Source: Pseudomonadota bacterium
Lineage (GTDB): Bacteria > Bdellovibrionota_C > UBA2361 > OMII01
DNA: 64,000 nt
Reading direction: 5' to 3'
Assembly: GCA_038134595.1 (NCBI GenBank)
Contig: JAYPVM010000002.1
Coordinates: 70,887 to 134,886, forward strand
Positions 11,697 through 21,668 of this stretch are shown here, one piece after another (positions within the stretch are counted from its first letter, which is position 1; each line of letters begins with the position of its first letter). The notes below the pieces were generated by a model. The model searched no databases. It was not told the DNA's origin and worked only from the letters and a program-made list of their open reading frames with translations. The translations under genes were made by a program, and so were the position numbers.

Positions 11697-12294
11697 TACA
11701 GTTGTTTTAGTTGTTATTCCAATCATCTCGGCGCTCATCGGCTATGTGACAAACTACATAGCCGTCATGATGCTTTTCCGACCACATAAACCAAGACGTT
11801 TGGCGTTCATACGACTCCATGGCCTTGTGCCGCGCAGGCAAGCTGAGATCGCTAGAAGTTTGGGGCATCTTATTGAGAGGGATCTGTTCTCGCACGATGA
11901 TATTCATGCAGCGTTGCAGGGTAAAGAGACAGCAGATGAAGCAGCGGCCTTTTTAGGTGAGCAGGTCGACCAGTTCATTTCAAATATGGCTGAGCAGAAT
12001 CCGATGATAGGCATGTTCCTTCAGGGAGATTTGCTTGCTCAAGTAAAGCAGATGCTTGCAAATCAGATGTCAGACAAGTTTCCAGCGTTTATGGAGCGGG
12101 TCGTAGAGCGGGTTGAGCACAAATTAGATGTAAGTGCCATTGTTCAGCAAAAGATTGAGGCGTTTGATATATCGAAGCTTGAATCCATCATCTATGAGGT
12201 ATCTGCTCGAGAGCTTAAGACAATAGAGATACTGGGAGGTGTTCTCGGATTTGTTGTTGGCTTGGCGCAGGTTGCCCTCTTAAGTGCCATATAA
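11671..12294 (+). CDS. DUF445 family membrane protein (YheB-like)
   Basis: IGYVTNYIAVMMLFRP, GLVPRRQ, ELKTIEILGGVLGFVVG; overlaps the end of ssb. Confidence 0.85.
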   Translation: MMTMISHSSTVVLVVIPIISALIGYVTNYIAVMMLFRPHKPRRLAFIRLHGLVPRRQAEIARSLGHLIERDLFSHDDIHAALQGKETADEAAAFLGEQVDQFISNMAEQNPMIGMFLQGDLLAQVKQMLANQMSDKFPAFMERVVERVEHKLDVSAIVQQKIEAFDISKLESIIYEVSARELKTIEILGGVLGFVVGLAQVALLSAI

Positions 12295-12303
12295 GTTCCA
12301 TTA

Positions 12304-13137
12304 ATGAAGGAAAAGCGCGTGCTACAATTTGATTCGCTTCGGTCGTACGGATCAACTGCGTTAGTGACTGGCGCTAGCTCGGGTATTGGAGCGTGTTTTG
12401 CAAAGACCATAGCGGCTAGTGGCTTCGCTACAGTTATAGTAGTTGCTCGTCGCATGGACCGATTGCAAAATCTTAAAGCTGAGATTGAGGGTTTGTATGG
12501 AGGTTGTTGTTGCATCCCCATAGCACTTGATCTTTCCAAACCTGAGGCATGTGACCAGCTTGCAAGAGAGTTGAATAGACACAAGGTGTCAATCGACGTC
12601 GTTGTTAACAATGCAGGCTTTGGTTTGTTGGGAGCGTTGGAAGATATTGAACCCGCTCGATGTCGAGAGATGGTAGATCTAAATTGTGGCGCTGTGCTGG
12701 ACATAGCACGAATGTTTCTTCCCGCGATGAAGGATAGGAAAAGAGGGGCCATGATCATAACCTCAAGTGTGGTTGGAGCGATTCCGACCCCTTGGTTTGG
12801 GGTCTACGCAGCGACCAAATCGTTTAATCTCTATCTTGGTGAGGCGTTACATGCAGAGTGTAGGGGAAGTGGGGTCTCAGTACTTACGGTGTTGCCTGGT
12901 CTAACCGATACGGAGTTTCAAGCAGGTATGGGGGAACGTGAGTATAGTGTCTCGTATCGTAGCGCTGAGCAGGTAGTGGCGACAGCATGCAGAGCGCTGG
13001 GCCGAAAGGCGATTGTGGTTGACGGACTCTTATACAAGTTCCTAGTGCATGGCACTAGGTTCCTGCCTCGGAGTATTATGCTTTTTCTTTCACGCCGGAC
13101 CATGCGACGGCAGCTTGCCGGTGTTGTGAGTGACTAA
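12304..13137 (+). CDS. Short-chain dehydrogenase/reductase
   Basis: TGASSGIG, NNAGFG, catalytic YAATK, PG motif. Confidence 0.93.
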   Translation: MKEKRVLQFDSLRSYGSTALVTGASSGIGACFAKTIAASGFATVIVVARRMDRLQNLKAEIEGLYGGCCCIPIALDLSKPEACDQLARELNRHKVSIDVVVNNAGFGLLGALEDIEPARCREMVDLNCGAVLDIARMFLPAMKDRKRGAMIITSSVVGAIPTPWFGVYAATKSFNLYLGEALHAECRGSGVSVLTVLPGLTDTEFQAGMGEREYSVSYRSAEQVVATACRALGRKAIVVDGLLYKFLVHGTRFLPRSIMLFLSRRTMRRQLAGVVSD

Positions 13138-13357
13138 AAACGAGGTGGGCGATACGAGGTGTAGAAAGCCGCCGCTTTGGGCCTGAAGCGAATGCTTCTT
13201 GTAGCTCTGTGGTTGGACTAGAGAGGAAAGGGATGCGTCGTCAGTAAACAAGTTGTTAGTGCTCGGCGTGGATCGATGCTAAAAAGGGGCACTAAAGAGG
13301 GGCAGCGGTACGCCACGATAATAGACCCAATTTGGCTTGCCGTAGGTCTTTCGACCG

Positions 13358-13657
13358 TTACCGGTTTGAGTTCTTACACTCCTCTGTTACGAGAGCTTGC
13401 CACTCATCGTCTAGACTGCCGCTAAACGGTTTTCGCCCGGCTGTGCGATACCAATAATTTGCGTTCCAAAGGTCACCTTCTTTTCTATGAAGGTATGCAT
13501 GGACGGCGGCTGCTATCGAAGAGTCGACGTCCTGTACCACTTCATGGGCTTCTTCCCACTGATTTTGTCGCTCGAGCCAGAGAGCGCGCAGAATAGCGGA
13601 AGCTTCCTTGGGAGGAGATTGTTGCGATAGGGTTGAAAGAAAAATATCACGCGTCAT
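13358..13657 (-). CDS. Small conserved hypothetical protein
   Basis: AHEVVQD...VHAYLHRKEGDLWNANYWY resembles a widespread uncharacterised family. Confidence 0.8.
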   Translation of the reverse strand: MTRDIFLSTLSQQSPPKEASAILRALWLERQNQWEEAHEVVQDVDSSIAAAVHAYLHRKEGDLWNANYWYRTAGRKPFSGSLDDEWQALVTEECKNSNR

Positions 13658-13720
13658 AGCTTATTCACTTATCAGATGATACCGACCGTGTCTATGAAAT
13701 CTGTCACTTCTCACACAATT

Positions 13721-14152
13721 CTAAAAAAGGGAGAGAAATGATGAGTGTTCTAAAAACTCCCGATCAACGGGGAGTATTTTTGTCATAGGGAGTTGGTCCT
13801 TTGCAAACCAGTGCACAGCTAGAACGTCGTCATTATTGCCATTGGTGGGCGGATTCTGAGAGCTTTGAGCAACTAGAAAGTAGATATGCATGAGTTGCTC
13901 GTGTGGATATTCCGGATTTTGCTGAAATTTCTGAGAGCAGAAAAGGAGCCTCTCCACCGTGATGCTGAGTCCCGTCTCTTCCGTAAACTCTCGTTGAATC
14001 GCATCGATGGGATTCTCTCCTAATTCCAAGCCACCTCCTGGAAAGTTTATGATTGAGCCTGACGGCACGTTTGTTTCGGTCATCAGCACCTTTTCGTCTT
14101 GAAGGAGCACTCCATATAGGGCAATTCTAAAAGTTGAAACGTTTACAACCAT
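13721..14152 (-). CDS. NUDIX hydrolase
   Basis: Nudix box GGLELGENPIDAIQREFTEETGL. Confidence 0.92.
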   Translation of the reverse strand: MVVNVSTFRIALYGVLLQDEKVLMTETNVPSGSIINFPGGGLELGENPIDAIQREFTEETGLSITVERLLFCSQKFQQNPEYPHEQLMHIYFLVAQSSQNPPTNGNNDDVLAVHWFAKDQLPMTKILPVDREFLEHSSFLSLF

Positions 14153-14314
14153 CTTCTTCCTGTTCTGGTTAATTGTTAGTGCGCAATCTGTTTGCTTTGA
14201 TAGTATATCGGATAGGGGCTGCTTGACGAGCCTCTTGTATATAACTGCGATACATTGATGCTAGTCGCTCATAGTGCGTCTAGTTGTAATGTTGAAGCTA
14301 GGTTGAAAGGTGCC

Positions 14315-15316
14315 ATGAAGATAAGAAGTGTTATTCGCTCTGTAGCTCATTATGTGCCTTCGCGTCGTGTTACAAATGATGAGCTTGCTCTGTATATGGA
14401 CACTACAGATGAATGGATCCGCGAACGAACCGGTATTAAGGAGCGGAGGTTTGTTGAGGATTCGTCGGTATCAACGACAGATTTGGCAGAGGCGGCAGCC
14501 AAAGATGCCTTGGCTCGCGCGGGATGGCAAGCTAAAGAGGTAGATCTCATAATTGCTGCAACGCTATCTCCTGATTACTATTTCCCCGGGATAGGGGTCT
14601 TGCTTCAGAAGCGATTAGGTTGTGGACCGATACCTGCGCTTGATGTGCGAGCACAGTGTAGCGGTTTGGTCTATGGATTGGCGTGTGTGGATGGGTTTAT
14701 CAAGAGCCTCCAGGCTAAGAAGGTTCTTTTGGTTTGTGCAGAGGTGCAGTCTCCGGTGCTTGATTTGTCAACGAGGGGTCGTGAAATGGCCGTGTTGTTC
14801 GGTGACGGAGCAGGAGCGCTTTGTATTGAGGCCTCTGAAGAAGGAGACCGAGGGATCCTCGATACAGTATTAGGGAGCGATGGTCGGGGAGCCGATGTTC
14901 TGTGTATGAAGTTACCGGGGACAGCAACGCCCGGATTTATCACCGAAAGCCATTTCAAAGACGCACAGGTGCACCCCTTTATGGACGGGAAAGTGGTGTT
15001 TAAAAACGCCGTAACCAGGCTATTGGAAACAGCCACGTCTATTTTACGGCGGAATAGATTATCGCCGGATGACATCGATTTACTCGTTCCTCATCAGGCA
15101 AACATGAGAATTAATGAAATGGTGCGGACGCAATTGGGGCTACCCGAAAACAAAGTTTTCAATAATATTGAGCGGTATGGAAATACCACCGCGGCAACGA
15201 TACCTATCTGTCTTTCGGAAGCTGTTGCTGAAGGTCGGTTGCGGGAGGGTATGACGGTTGTAACGCTGGCTTTTGGTGCTGGTTTCACTTGGGGTGGTAA
15301 TTTAATTCGATGGTAG
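14315..15316 (+). CDS. fabH: Beta-ketoacyl-ACP synthase III (FabH family)
   Basis: WIRERTGIKERR, catalytic AQCSG, LFGDGAGA, PHQAN, YGNT, FGAGFTWG; ATG 14315 with AAAGGTG SD. Confidence 0.92.
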   Translation: MKIRSVIRSVAHYVPSRRVTNDELALYMDTTDEWIRERTGIKERRFVEDSSVSTTDLAEAAAKDALARAGWQAKEVDLIIAATLSPDYYFPGIGVLLQKRLGCGPIPALDVRAQCSGLVYGLACVDGFIKSLQAKKVLLVCAEVQSPVLDLSTRGREMAVLFGDGAGALCIEASEEGDRGILDTVLGSDGRGADVLCMKLPGTATPGFITESHFKDAQVHPFMDGKVVFKNAVTRLLETATSILRRNRLSPDDIDLLVPHQANMRINEMVRTQLGLPENKVFNNIERYGNTTAATIPICLSEAVAEGRLREGMTVVTLAFGAGFTWGGNLIRW

Positions 15317-15331
15317 GAAAGAGAGGGTACG

Positions 15332-16579
15332 ATGAGTGATAGAGGGTTGTTTTTAGAACGTTACGCACGATTGCTAGTAAAGCATGGAGCCAATGTTCAG
15401 GCTGGTCAGATAGTCAACATTTCAGCTGAGGTGATTCATCGTGATTTTGCATACATGGTGGCGCAAGAGGCTTATAGAGCTGGGGCGGCATCTGTTATTT
15501 TGGATCTGGCCGAACCTAGGCTGCAAAAATTTAAACTCGACTCTGTGAAGCAGGAGTTTCTCGGTGTGGTACCAAATCATGTTCCAGCCAAGTACCAGCA
15601 GATTTTGGATGACGGTGGAGCGACCATTAAAATCATAGGGCCGGAATATCCCTTATTGTTGGCCGATGTTGCGCCAAAGCGTGTAAATGAGGAGCGGAAG
15701 GCGTTCTATCAAGCGGTGAAATCTTTCTATGAAGAGGGGATCGGTAAGTCGAGGGTTCACTGGACTATTGGTGCAGCAGCGACCCCTGGATGGGGACAAC
15801 GAGTATTTCCCGAGCTTTCACCTGATGAGGCAGAAGATGCCTTGTGGAATGCGATTTTTGCTATAGTGCGGGTAGACCGACCTGATTTCTTAGAGGTCTG
15901 GAAATCGCATAATGACACATTGCATCGAAGGGCGCGAGCGCTCAATGATCTCGAGATTGAGAAGTTGCATTTCGTGGGTCCGGGAACAGACTTGACCGTC
16001 TCTTTAGATAAAAGAGCTCGATTTAAGGGTGGAACCGATATTGGACCGCACGGCGAGCCCTTTGAGCCTAATATTCCTACCGAGGAGTGTTTTACTACCC
16101 CGGATTATAGGAAGACTTCAGGGGTGGTTCGAGCAACGCGACCGTTTTTGGTAAACGGGGTCTTAATAGAAGGGCTTACAATGACCTTTGAAAATGGAGA
16201 AATCGCCTCGTTTGATGCGGCCAAAGGTCGCGAGACTTTTGAGGAATATTTAAGTTCCGATCCCGGAGCTAGGAGGCTGGGAGAGGTTGCACTTGTTGGT
16301 ATAGATTCGCCAGTATTTAAAAGTGGAAGGGTCTTCGAGGAGATTTTGTTTGACGAGAATGCCGCATGTCATATCGCTGTTGGATCGGCTTATAAATTTT
16401 GCCTAGATGGAGGTAGCGATTTATCAAAAGCGGAGCTTGGCGAGATAGGATGTAATGAAAGTTCGGTGCACACGGACATGATGATTTCAGATGAGCATGT
16501 TTCTGTCACAGCGCATACGTATGCGGGGGAGGAGGTCTGTTTGATACAAAACGGAGAGTGGCAAGGAAGCTTTCGCTAG
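15332..16579 (+). CDS. Aminopeptidase, M29 (AmpS/PepS) family
   Basis: PNIPTEECFTTP, ARRLGEVALV, LFDENAACHIAVG, SSVHTDMMI. Confidence 0.95.
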   Translation: MSDRGLFLERYARLLVKHGANVQAGQIVNISAEVIHRDFAYMVAQEAYRAGAASVILDLAEPRLQKFKLDSVKQEFLGVVPNHVPAKYQQILDDGGATIKIIGPEYPLLLADVAPKRVNEERKAFYQAVKSFYEEGIGKSRVHWTIGAAATPGWGQRVFPELSPDEAEDALWNAIFAIVRVDRPDFLEVWKSHNDTLHRRARALNDLEIEKLHFVGPGTDLTVSLDKRARFKGGTDIGPHGEPFEPNIPTEECFTTPDYRKTSGVVRATRPFLVNGVLIEGLTMTFENGEIASFDAAKGRETFEEYLSSDPGARRLGEVALVGIDSPVFKSGRVFEEILFDENAACHIAVGSAYKFCLDGGSDLSKAELGEIGCNESSVHTDMMISDEHVSVTAHTYAGEEVCLIQNGEWQGSFR

Positions 16580-16625
16580 GAAAATGTAGCCCAGAGGGAT
16601 GAATGCGTTGCAGTGGCGGTAAGCG

Positions 16626-17471
16626 CTATCTAATCCCTTGTTTACTCGTTAGTGTACACGAAATGGTTACTGACTCTGTTTTAAGCCCCGCTTCTATATC
16701 TGAAAGAAATTGCTCGAATGAGTAGTCGACAGCTGTATTGTTCTCGCTAATTTTGGCGATATTGGTCGTAACGGGTCGCTTTAGCGAGTCAAAGTTAGTA
16801 GGTTTGTTTGCCGCGTCTTCAGAAATTGGATGGACTTCTAGGAAGATGCGTCCACCACTTTTAAGTTCCCAGAGGTAGTTTAGAGAGGTTTTTGGTTTGA
16901 GAAATGCTAGTAGGGTGTTAGTGCCCTCGTGAGCGTTGTGCTCACTGGGCTCCATGCTAAAAAAATCTTCGATAGTCATGCGAGCGTAGCGAGTTGGATC
17001 AAATATTCTTGGAATCGGATTGCTTATGGAGATTGATAAATCCGAGTGCGTAGTCTCCTGTTGAAAGTTCCATTCAAGCCGCACGAGACCACAGCGCTGG
17101 TTGGTTTCACTTAAGGCACCGTATTGAGTGGCATTTACGATAAGTTCTGAAAGTGCCCAACGGGTGTGTAGCTCGTAAATTTCGTTTTGCGTTCCGTATG
17201 CTGTGATAGCTTCAATCCACTCGAGGGTGTTTTTTCTTATTCGATATGCATCAGAATCTTCACTTTCAGAGAGTGGTAAGGACATTAAAGGTTCAACGTA
17301 ATTGTAATCAATCCAGAGGTCGCCTTTGGATAAGTCTTTGCCGGCAGGTGTGGTGTGCAAAGCATACCATTGGTGGGTCTGACTGGGGGAGGAGATGCGG
17401 CTTGTGGTGAGATCGAAGGCAGTGTTTGATGGTAGGCTGCTTAATGTCAAATCTAGATTTGAACAAATCAT
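16626..17471 (-). CDS. Hypothetical protein with degenerate HATPase/RsbW-like (GHKL) core
   Basis: 281-aa ORF with GGAGG SD; N-box-like ALSELIVNATQYG; G1 and G2 boxes not canonical. Confidence 0.55.
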   Translation of the reverse strand: MICSNLDLTLSSLPSNTAFDLTTSRISSPSQTHQWYALHTTPAGKDLSKGDLWIDYNYVEPLMSLPLSESEDSDAYRIRKNTLEWIEAITAYGTQNEIYELHTRWALSELIVNATQYGALSETNQRCGLVRLEWNFQQETTHSDLSISISNPIPRIFDPTRYARMTIEDFFSMEPSEHNAHEGTNTLLAFLKPKTSLNYLWELKSGGRIFLEVHPISEDAANKPTNFDSLKRPVTTNIAKISENNTAVDYSFEQFLSDIEAGLKTESVTISCTLTSKQGIR

Positions 17472-17762
17472 GGCGGCTTCCTCCCAACTCTTAGTCGATA
17501 ATAATCTACTTAAAATACTCGATATAGATTCTCTCTGTTATGAGCCAAATTTTACTAGGTATTTTTCTGATAACAAAGAAAAAACAGGAGCTTAGGGCTA
17601 ATGGATAAGCGAGGTGAAAGTGATGCGCCTTTATTTAATAAATAATTCCGATATGCTACGTCTTGTACGGAAGGCTTATAGCCGCGTTGTTTTCTTCCGA
17701 GACAGGAATAGGGGCGGCTAAGGAAGATCGAAAGAATCTGATTGAGAAGAATTATACGGGAC

Positions 17763-18509
17763 ATGGCGGACAAAAAGGCAGTAAAAGAATCGCTTGTAGA
17801 GTACTTGGTCCGTACTGGTCTTAGTAATGACGTTGTTTCTGCACGGAAGGAGATTCTAGCTGGTCTAATACGTGTTGACGATGTGGTTGTTGATAAGGTG
17901 GGGGCTGTTGTCCGTTCGGCGAGTCGTATCGAGAAGATCGGTGCGAAAAAATACGTCAGTCGGGGAGCGCTGAAATTACAATCTGCGGTTGATACGTTCT
18001 CATTACCGGTTTCAGAGGCCGTGTGTGCGGATGTAGGAGCATGCACAGGGGGTTTCACCGAGGTGTTGCTTCAGCACGGAGCGCAAAAGGTGTTTGCGAT
18101 TGATGTGGGTTATGGCAATTTAGATTGGAAGATTCGGTTGGATGCCAGAGTCGTCGTGATGGAGCGAACGAATGCTCGGCACATCGAGTCTCTGCCGGAG
18201 CCGGTCGATATCGTGGTTATCGACGTCTCCTTTATCTCGCTACGAGTTATTTTACCTGTGGTGGTCCAATGGATGAAGCCCTCAGGGCACGTGGTGGCTC
18301 TTATAAAACCGCAATTCGAAGCTACTCGTGAGGAAGTATCGGCTGAGTCAGGGATAATCACCCATGAGTCGGTTCATGAGAGAGTTGTGGAAGAGATTGC
18401 GGCGTGTTTACCGCCGTTGGGGCTGGTTAAGCGATCTGTAATTGCCTCGCCGATATTAGGTGCCGAGGGCAACAAAGAGTTTCTGCTTTGGGCCTCACGT
18501 AACGACTAA
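17763..18509 (+). CDS. tlyA: TlyA family rRNA (cytidine-2'-O)-methyltransferase
   Basis: S4-like N-terminus, YVSRGALKL, DVGACTGGFT, IDVSFISL, LIKPQFE, GNKEFL. Confidence 0.95.
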   Translation: MADKKAVKESLVEYLVRTGLSNDVVSARKEILAGLIRVDDVVVDKVGAVVRSASRIEKIGAKKYVSRGALKLQSAVDTFSLPVSEAVCADVGACTGGFTEVLLQHGAQKVFAIDVGYGNLDWKIRLDARVVVMERTNARHIESLPEPVDIVVIDVSFISLRVILPVVVQWMKPSGHVVALIKPQFEATREEVSAESGIITHESVHERVVEEIAACLPPLGLVKRSVIASPILGAEGNKEFLLWASRND

Positions 18510-18545
18510 AAAACACGTATTCCTCCTTCAGAATTAGTCTGAGAC

Positions 18546-18562
18546 TGCGACATTCTGTCGCA
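18546..18562. promoter_or_regulatory. RegA/PrrA/RegR-type operator TGCGACA-TTC-TGTCGCA
   Basis: Perfect palindrome fitting GCGRC-N5-GTCGC, about 70 bp upstream of the operon that encodes the RegA-type regulator. Confidence 0.7.
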
Positions 18563-18634
18563 TGGATTTATTTAGATTGTTTGGGTATATCGATAATACT
18601 TTTTTCGTAGTTAGGACTGTACGTGGAGCTTTGT

Positions 18635-19729
18635 ATGAGAGGAAATAGTGGTAATCAGATGCAGTATCGTTTGTGCCTTGTCGTAGTTTTCTGTGTCGTG
18701 GGTATTCTCTGGCCGTGTCGCAGACTTTGGGCGTGTGACTTGTGCGCTCTATACACTGCGATGCAGGTAGAAAGTCCTCAAAGCGGTACATTTCGGGCAA
18801 GCGCCTCTGAGCAGTATACGTTTCTGGATAAACTACAAAGAAATGGTAGCTATGTTCAAAACCAAGCCAATGAATATCTCAAGAGTTCCGTCGCTCAGGT
18901 TGCAGCACAGTATGATTTTTCCGACTCCTTAGCATTACAATATGTACTACCGGTTATTTCGAGGTCTTTTCGTCGACTGAAGGACGGTAGTGTTACCAGT
19001 GGAAGCGAGTCGGGAGTTGGGGATATGAGCTTCTTGCTTCACTATCTTCCGGTGCGATATTCAGATGGTGAGATTACAGCGCGTGTACGGCTCTTTGCCG
19101 GACTCAAACTTCCGACCGGAGATACCAGTCGGTTGGGTGAAGAATCGCACCACAGTATGTCATCTACTGAGATGTCTTCTCACAGCAGTATGGCAAGCAA
19201 TACTCGTCCATACCATAGTGAATCCGGGCATGGAGACTCCGATCATGAGATGCCTACACACGATGACGAGATGACTGAGAGCGGCATCCATAGTCATGAC
19301 CTCACTTTGGGAACTGGCTCGTGGGACCTTCCGCTCGGTTTTGGTATCACTACTCAGTATAAGCGGTTCATGGCAATGGCAGACGTTCAATACATGATTC
19401 GGTCAGAAGGGGCCTATTCGTACCGACATGCAAACGATTTGATATGGTCAACCGCGGTGGGAGGCTTTTTGTATTTAGATGATTCTCTTCAGATAGCTTC
19501 TCGGGCTCGTTTGTCAGGACAGTACAAGAATAATGACAGGGGAGCAGGCGGAGTTGAACACGATGGATCGGCGTTTAATGGGGTTTTTCTAGGCCCTGAG
19601 GTTAGTATCTCGTCGAGCAAGCGTATCCAGGCCGTGGTCGCGTTGGATCTGCCCGTAAATACCCACAATTCAGGACTTCAAATCACGCCGTCTTATCGCT
19701 GGCGCGGTGCCATAACCTACCGCTTCTAG
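18635..19729 (+). CDS. Putative outer-membrane beta-barrel 'transporter' (MetA-pathway/phenol-degradation-like) with N-terminal CxxC and His/Met-rich loop
   Basis: Signal peptide then CDLC; SGVGDM, GLKLPTG, LGTGSWD; His-rich insert; C-terminal ITYRF beta-signal. Confidence 0.7.
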   Translation: MRGNSGNQMQYRLCLVVVFCVVGILWPCRRLWACDLCALYTAMQVESPQSGTFRASASEQYTFLDKLQRNGSYVQNQANEYLKSSVAQVAAQYDFSDSLALQYVLPVISRSFRRLKDGSVTSGSESGVGDMSFLLHYLPVRYSDGEITARVRLFAGLKLPTGDTSRLGEESHHSMSSTEMSSHSSMASNTRPYHSESGHGDSDHEMPTHDDEMTESGIHSHDLTLGTGSWDLPLGFGITTQYKRFMAMADVQYMIRSEGAYSYRHANDLIWSTAVGGFLYLDDSLQIASRARLSGQYKNNDRGAGGVEHDGSAFNGVFLGPEVSISSSKRIQAVVALDLPVNTHNSGLQITPSYRWRGAITYRF

Positions 19730-19848
19730 ATGCCTTTTTTGGGGAGTGACGGTGGTCGATTTATTTGGGGGGCTGTGATAGGCTGACGACTCAAGATTTT
19801 TTGAATGAGTGGCACGGAATAGAATGCCATCACAGCGAGGTCTAGTCT

Positions 19849-21153
19849 GTGGAATCAGAGCACCACGAAATAAGCGATCGAGTAGTTGGCGATATTGAGA
19901 TTCAAAGGCGCTGGTTGGTGAGGATTCGAGCCGTAGCATCAATTAGCCTGATAGCGATTTTTGCATTTATAGGTGTTTTCTTAGACACGGAGTTGTCGTG
20001 GCCAGTTGTTTCTGGAGTGGTATCGCTTGGTCTTGTATCTAACATCGCCCTTTCACTTCTCACGCTTGATAATCGGAATACATTTCTCTTTTTGGGTGGA
20101 ATGGCGATCTTGTTAGATGTCGCACTTCTTGGTGTGTTGCTTTACCTGTCTGGAGGATATGCAAATCCCTTTAGTATGATGTTTCTTGCTTACATCATTC
20201 TGGCCGGTACAGTACTTGATAGTCGTTGGACCTGGACTACGTACGTGGCATGTAGTGGTGGGTTTGTTGCCCTGTTTTTCTACCACGTGCCCGTCTCACA
20301 GCTTGCGATGCATCACGGCGCACATTTTAATCAGAATAGAGATAGCGGTTTCTCCCTTCACCTTCACGGAATGTTAATTGCCTTTGTCGTTATTGGGGCG
20401 ATTAGTTCGTGGTTTCTTACTCGTATGAACAGAGAGATGGGAGAGCAAGTAGAGACGATACAAACACTCCAAAAGGCTGAGTCCGACAGGCGTCGATTGC
20501 TATCGCTGGCAACATTGACGGGCGGGGTGGCGCATGAACTTGCAACACCACTAGGAACCTTGTCACTTATCGCAGATGATTTGTGTGAGGCGTTAGGAAA
20601 AGAGCCGCGGTGGAGTGAAGATATGCAATCGCTCAAAAGTGAGCTCGCGCGTTGTTCGACGATCCTAGCAAGAATGCGGGGAACCAGCTCTGAGCTTCAG
20701 GGCGAGTTGTGTGAGAGGTTTTTGCTGTCAGAACTTATCGCAGAGGTCTCAGCGGAGGTGGCGGATGCTGGAGTGGTTGTTTTTGAGGGGGAGTTCGATC
20801 CCTCGTTAGAGTTGCGCTCTTTTCGTCGATCATTGATAGGCTCCATAATTGCTTTAATTAGAAATGGCTTACAGGCCTGCCAAATGGGAGCCAGAGTTGT
20901 CTGTACTATTGAACATGATGTAGAAGCGGTAATTTTTCGAGTTGTTGATAGGGGGCAGGGGATGTCTGAGCAAATTCAAAATCGTCTTGGAGAGCCGTTT
21001 TTTACCTCAAAAGCGCCAGGAGAGGGAATGGGGCTAGGAGTTTATTTGACGAAACTATTTGCAATGCAGGTTGGCGGAACACTTTCCTTTGTGTCCAGGC
21101 AAGGCGAGGGAACCGAAGCGAAGCTTGCAATTCCTAGGGTAGTACCATTATGA
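19849..21153 (+). CDS. regB: RegB/PrrB/ActS-family membrane sensor histidine kinase
   Basis: Multiple TM helices with GGYANPF, H-box AHELATPL, Cys in ARCSTIL, HATPase boxes DRGQG, PFFTSK, GMGLG. Confidence 0.85.
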   Translation: MESEHHEISDRVVGDIEIQRRWLVRIRAVASISLIAIFAFIGVFLDTELSWPVVSGVVSLGLVSNIALSLLTLDNRNTFLFLGGMAILLDVALLGVLLYLSGGYANPFSMMFLAYIILAGTVLDSRWTWTTYVACSGGFVALFFYHVPVSQLAMHHGAHFNQNRDSGFSLHLHGMLIAFVVIGAISSWFLTRMNREMGEQVETIQTLQKAESDRRRLLSLATLTGGVAHELATPLGTLSLIADDLCEALGKEPRWSEDMQSLKSELARCSTILARMRGTSSELQGELCERFLLSELIAEVSAEVADAGVVVFEGEFDPSLELRSFRRSLIGSIIALIRNGLQACQMGARVVCTIEHDVEAVIFRVVDRGQGMSEQIQNRLGEPFFTSKAPGEGMGLGVYLTKLFAMQVGGTLSFVSRQGEGTEAKLAIPRVVPL

Positions 21154-21668
21154 ACCAGTCTCTTCCAGATGTGATGGTGTGTGATGATGATGCTCCATTT
21201 CGACGGAGATTGGCGCGCTCGTTTCGTGATCGGGAGTACCGTGTATACGAGGCCGAAAGCGCCCGAGAGGGATTGGCGGTGTACGAAGAGTACCTTCCAA
21301 AGTGGGTAGTAGTTGATTTAAGAATGCCCGAAATAAATGGCTTGTGGTTAGTGGAGCAGATTTGTTCGAGAAGCGATGACGCCAAGATAGTTGTTTTAAC
21401 TGGCTTTGGAAGTATCCAGACTGCAACGCAAGCTGGAAGACTGGGCGCTATAAATTACGTAACCAAGCCAGCTTCCCTCGAGCAGATTATCTCGGCATTT
21501 TCGCCAGCTGGTCTCGAGATTGCTGAGGATGCGTATTCCTCACTTGCAGAAGTTGAGGCGGAATATGTACAACGCATCCTCGATCAATGTGACGGCAATG
21601 TATCTAAGTCAGCCAAAGTTCTTGGGCTTCACCGGCGTAGTCTACAAAGACTGCTGAAACGTTTGTAG
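21150..21668 (+). CDS. regA: RegA/PrrA-family response regulator (REC plus Fis-type HTH)
   Basis: DDD, VDLRMP, LTGFGSI, KP, GNVSKSAKVLGLHRRSLQR; ATGA overlap with the kinase. Confidence 0.88.
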   Translation: MNQSLPDVMVCDDDAPFRRRLARSFRDREYRVYEAESAREGLAVYEEYLPKWVVVDLRMPEINGLWLVEQICSRSDDAKIVVLTGFGSIQTATQAGRLGAINYVTKPASLEQIISAFSPAGLEIAEDAYSSLAEVEAEYVQRILDQCDGNVSKSAKVLGLHRRSLQRLLKRL

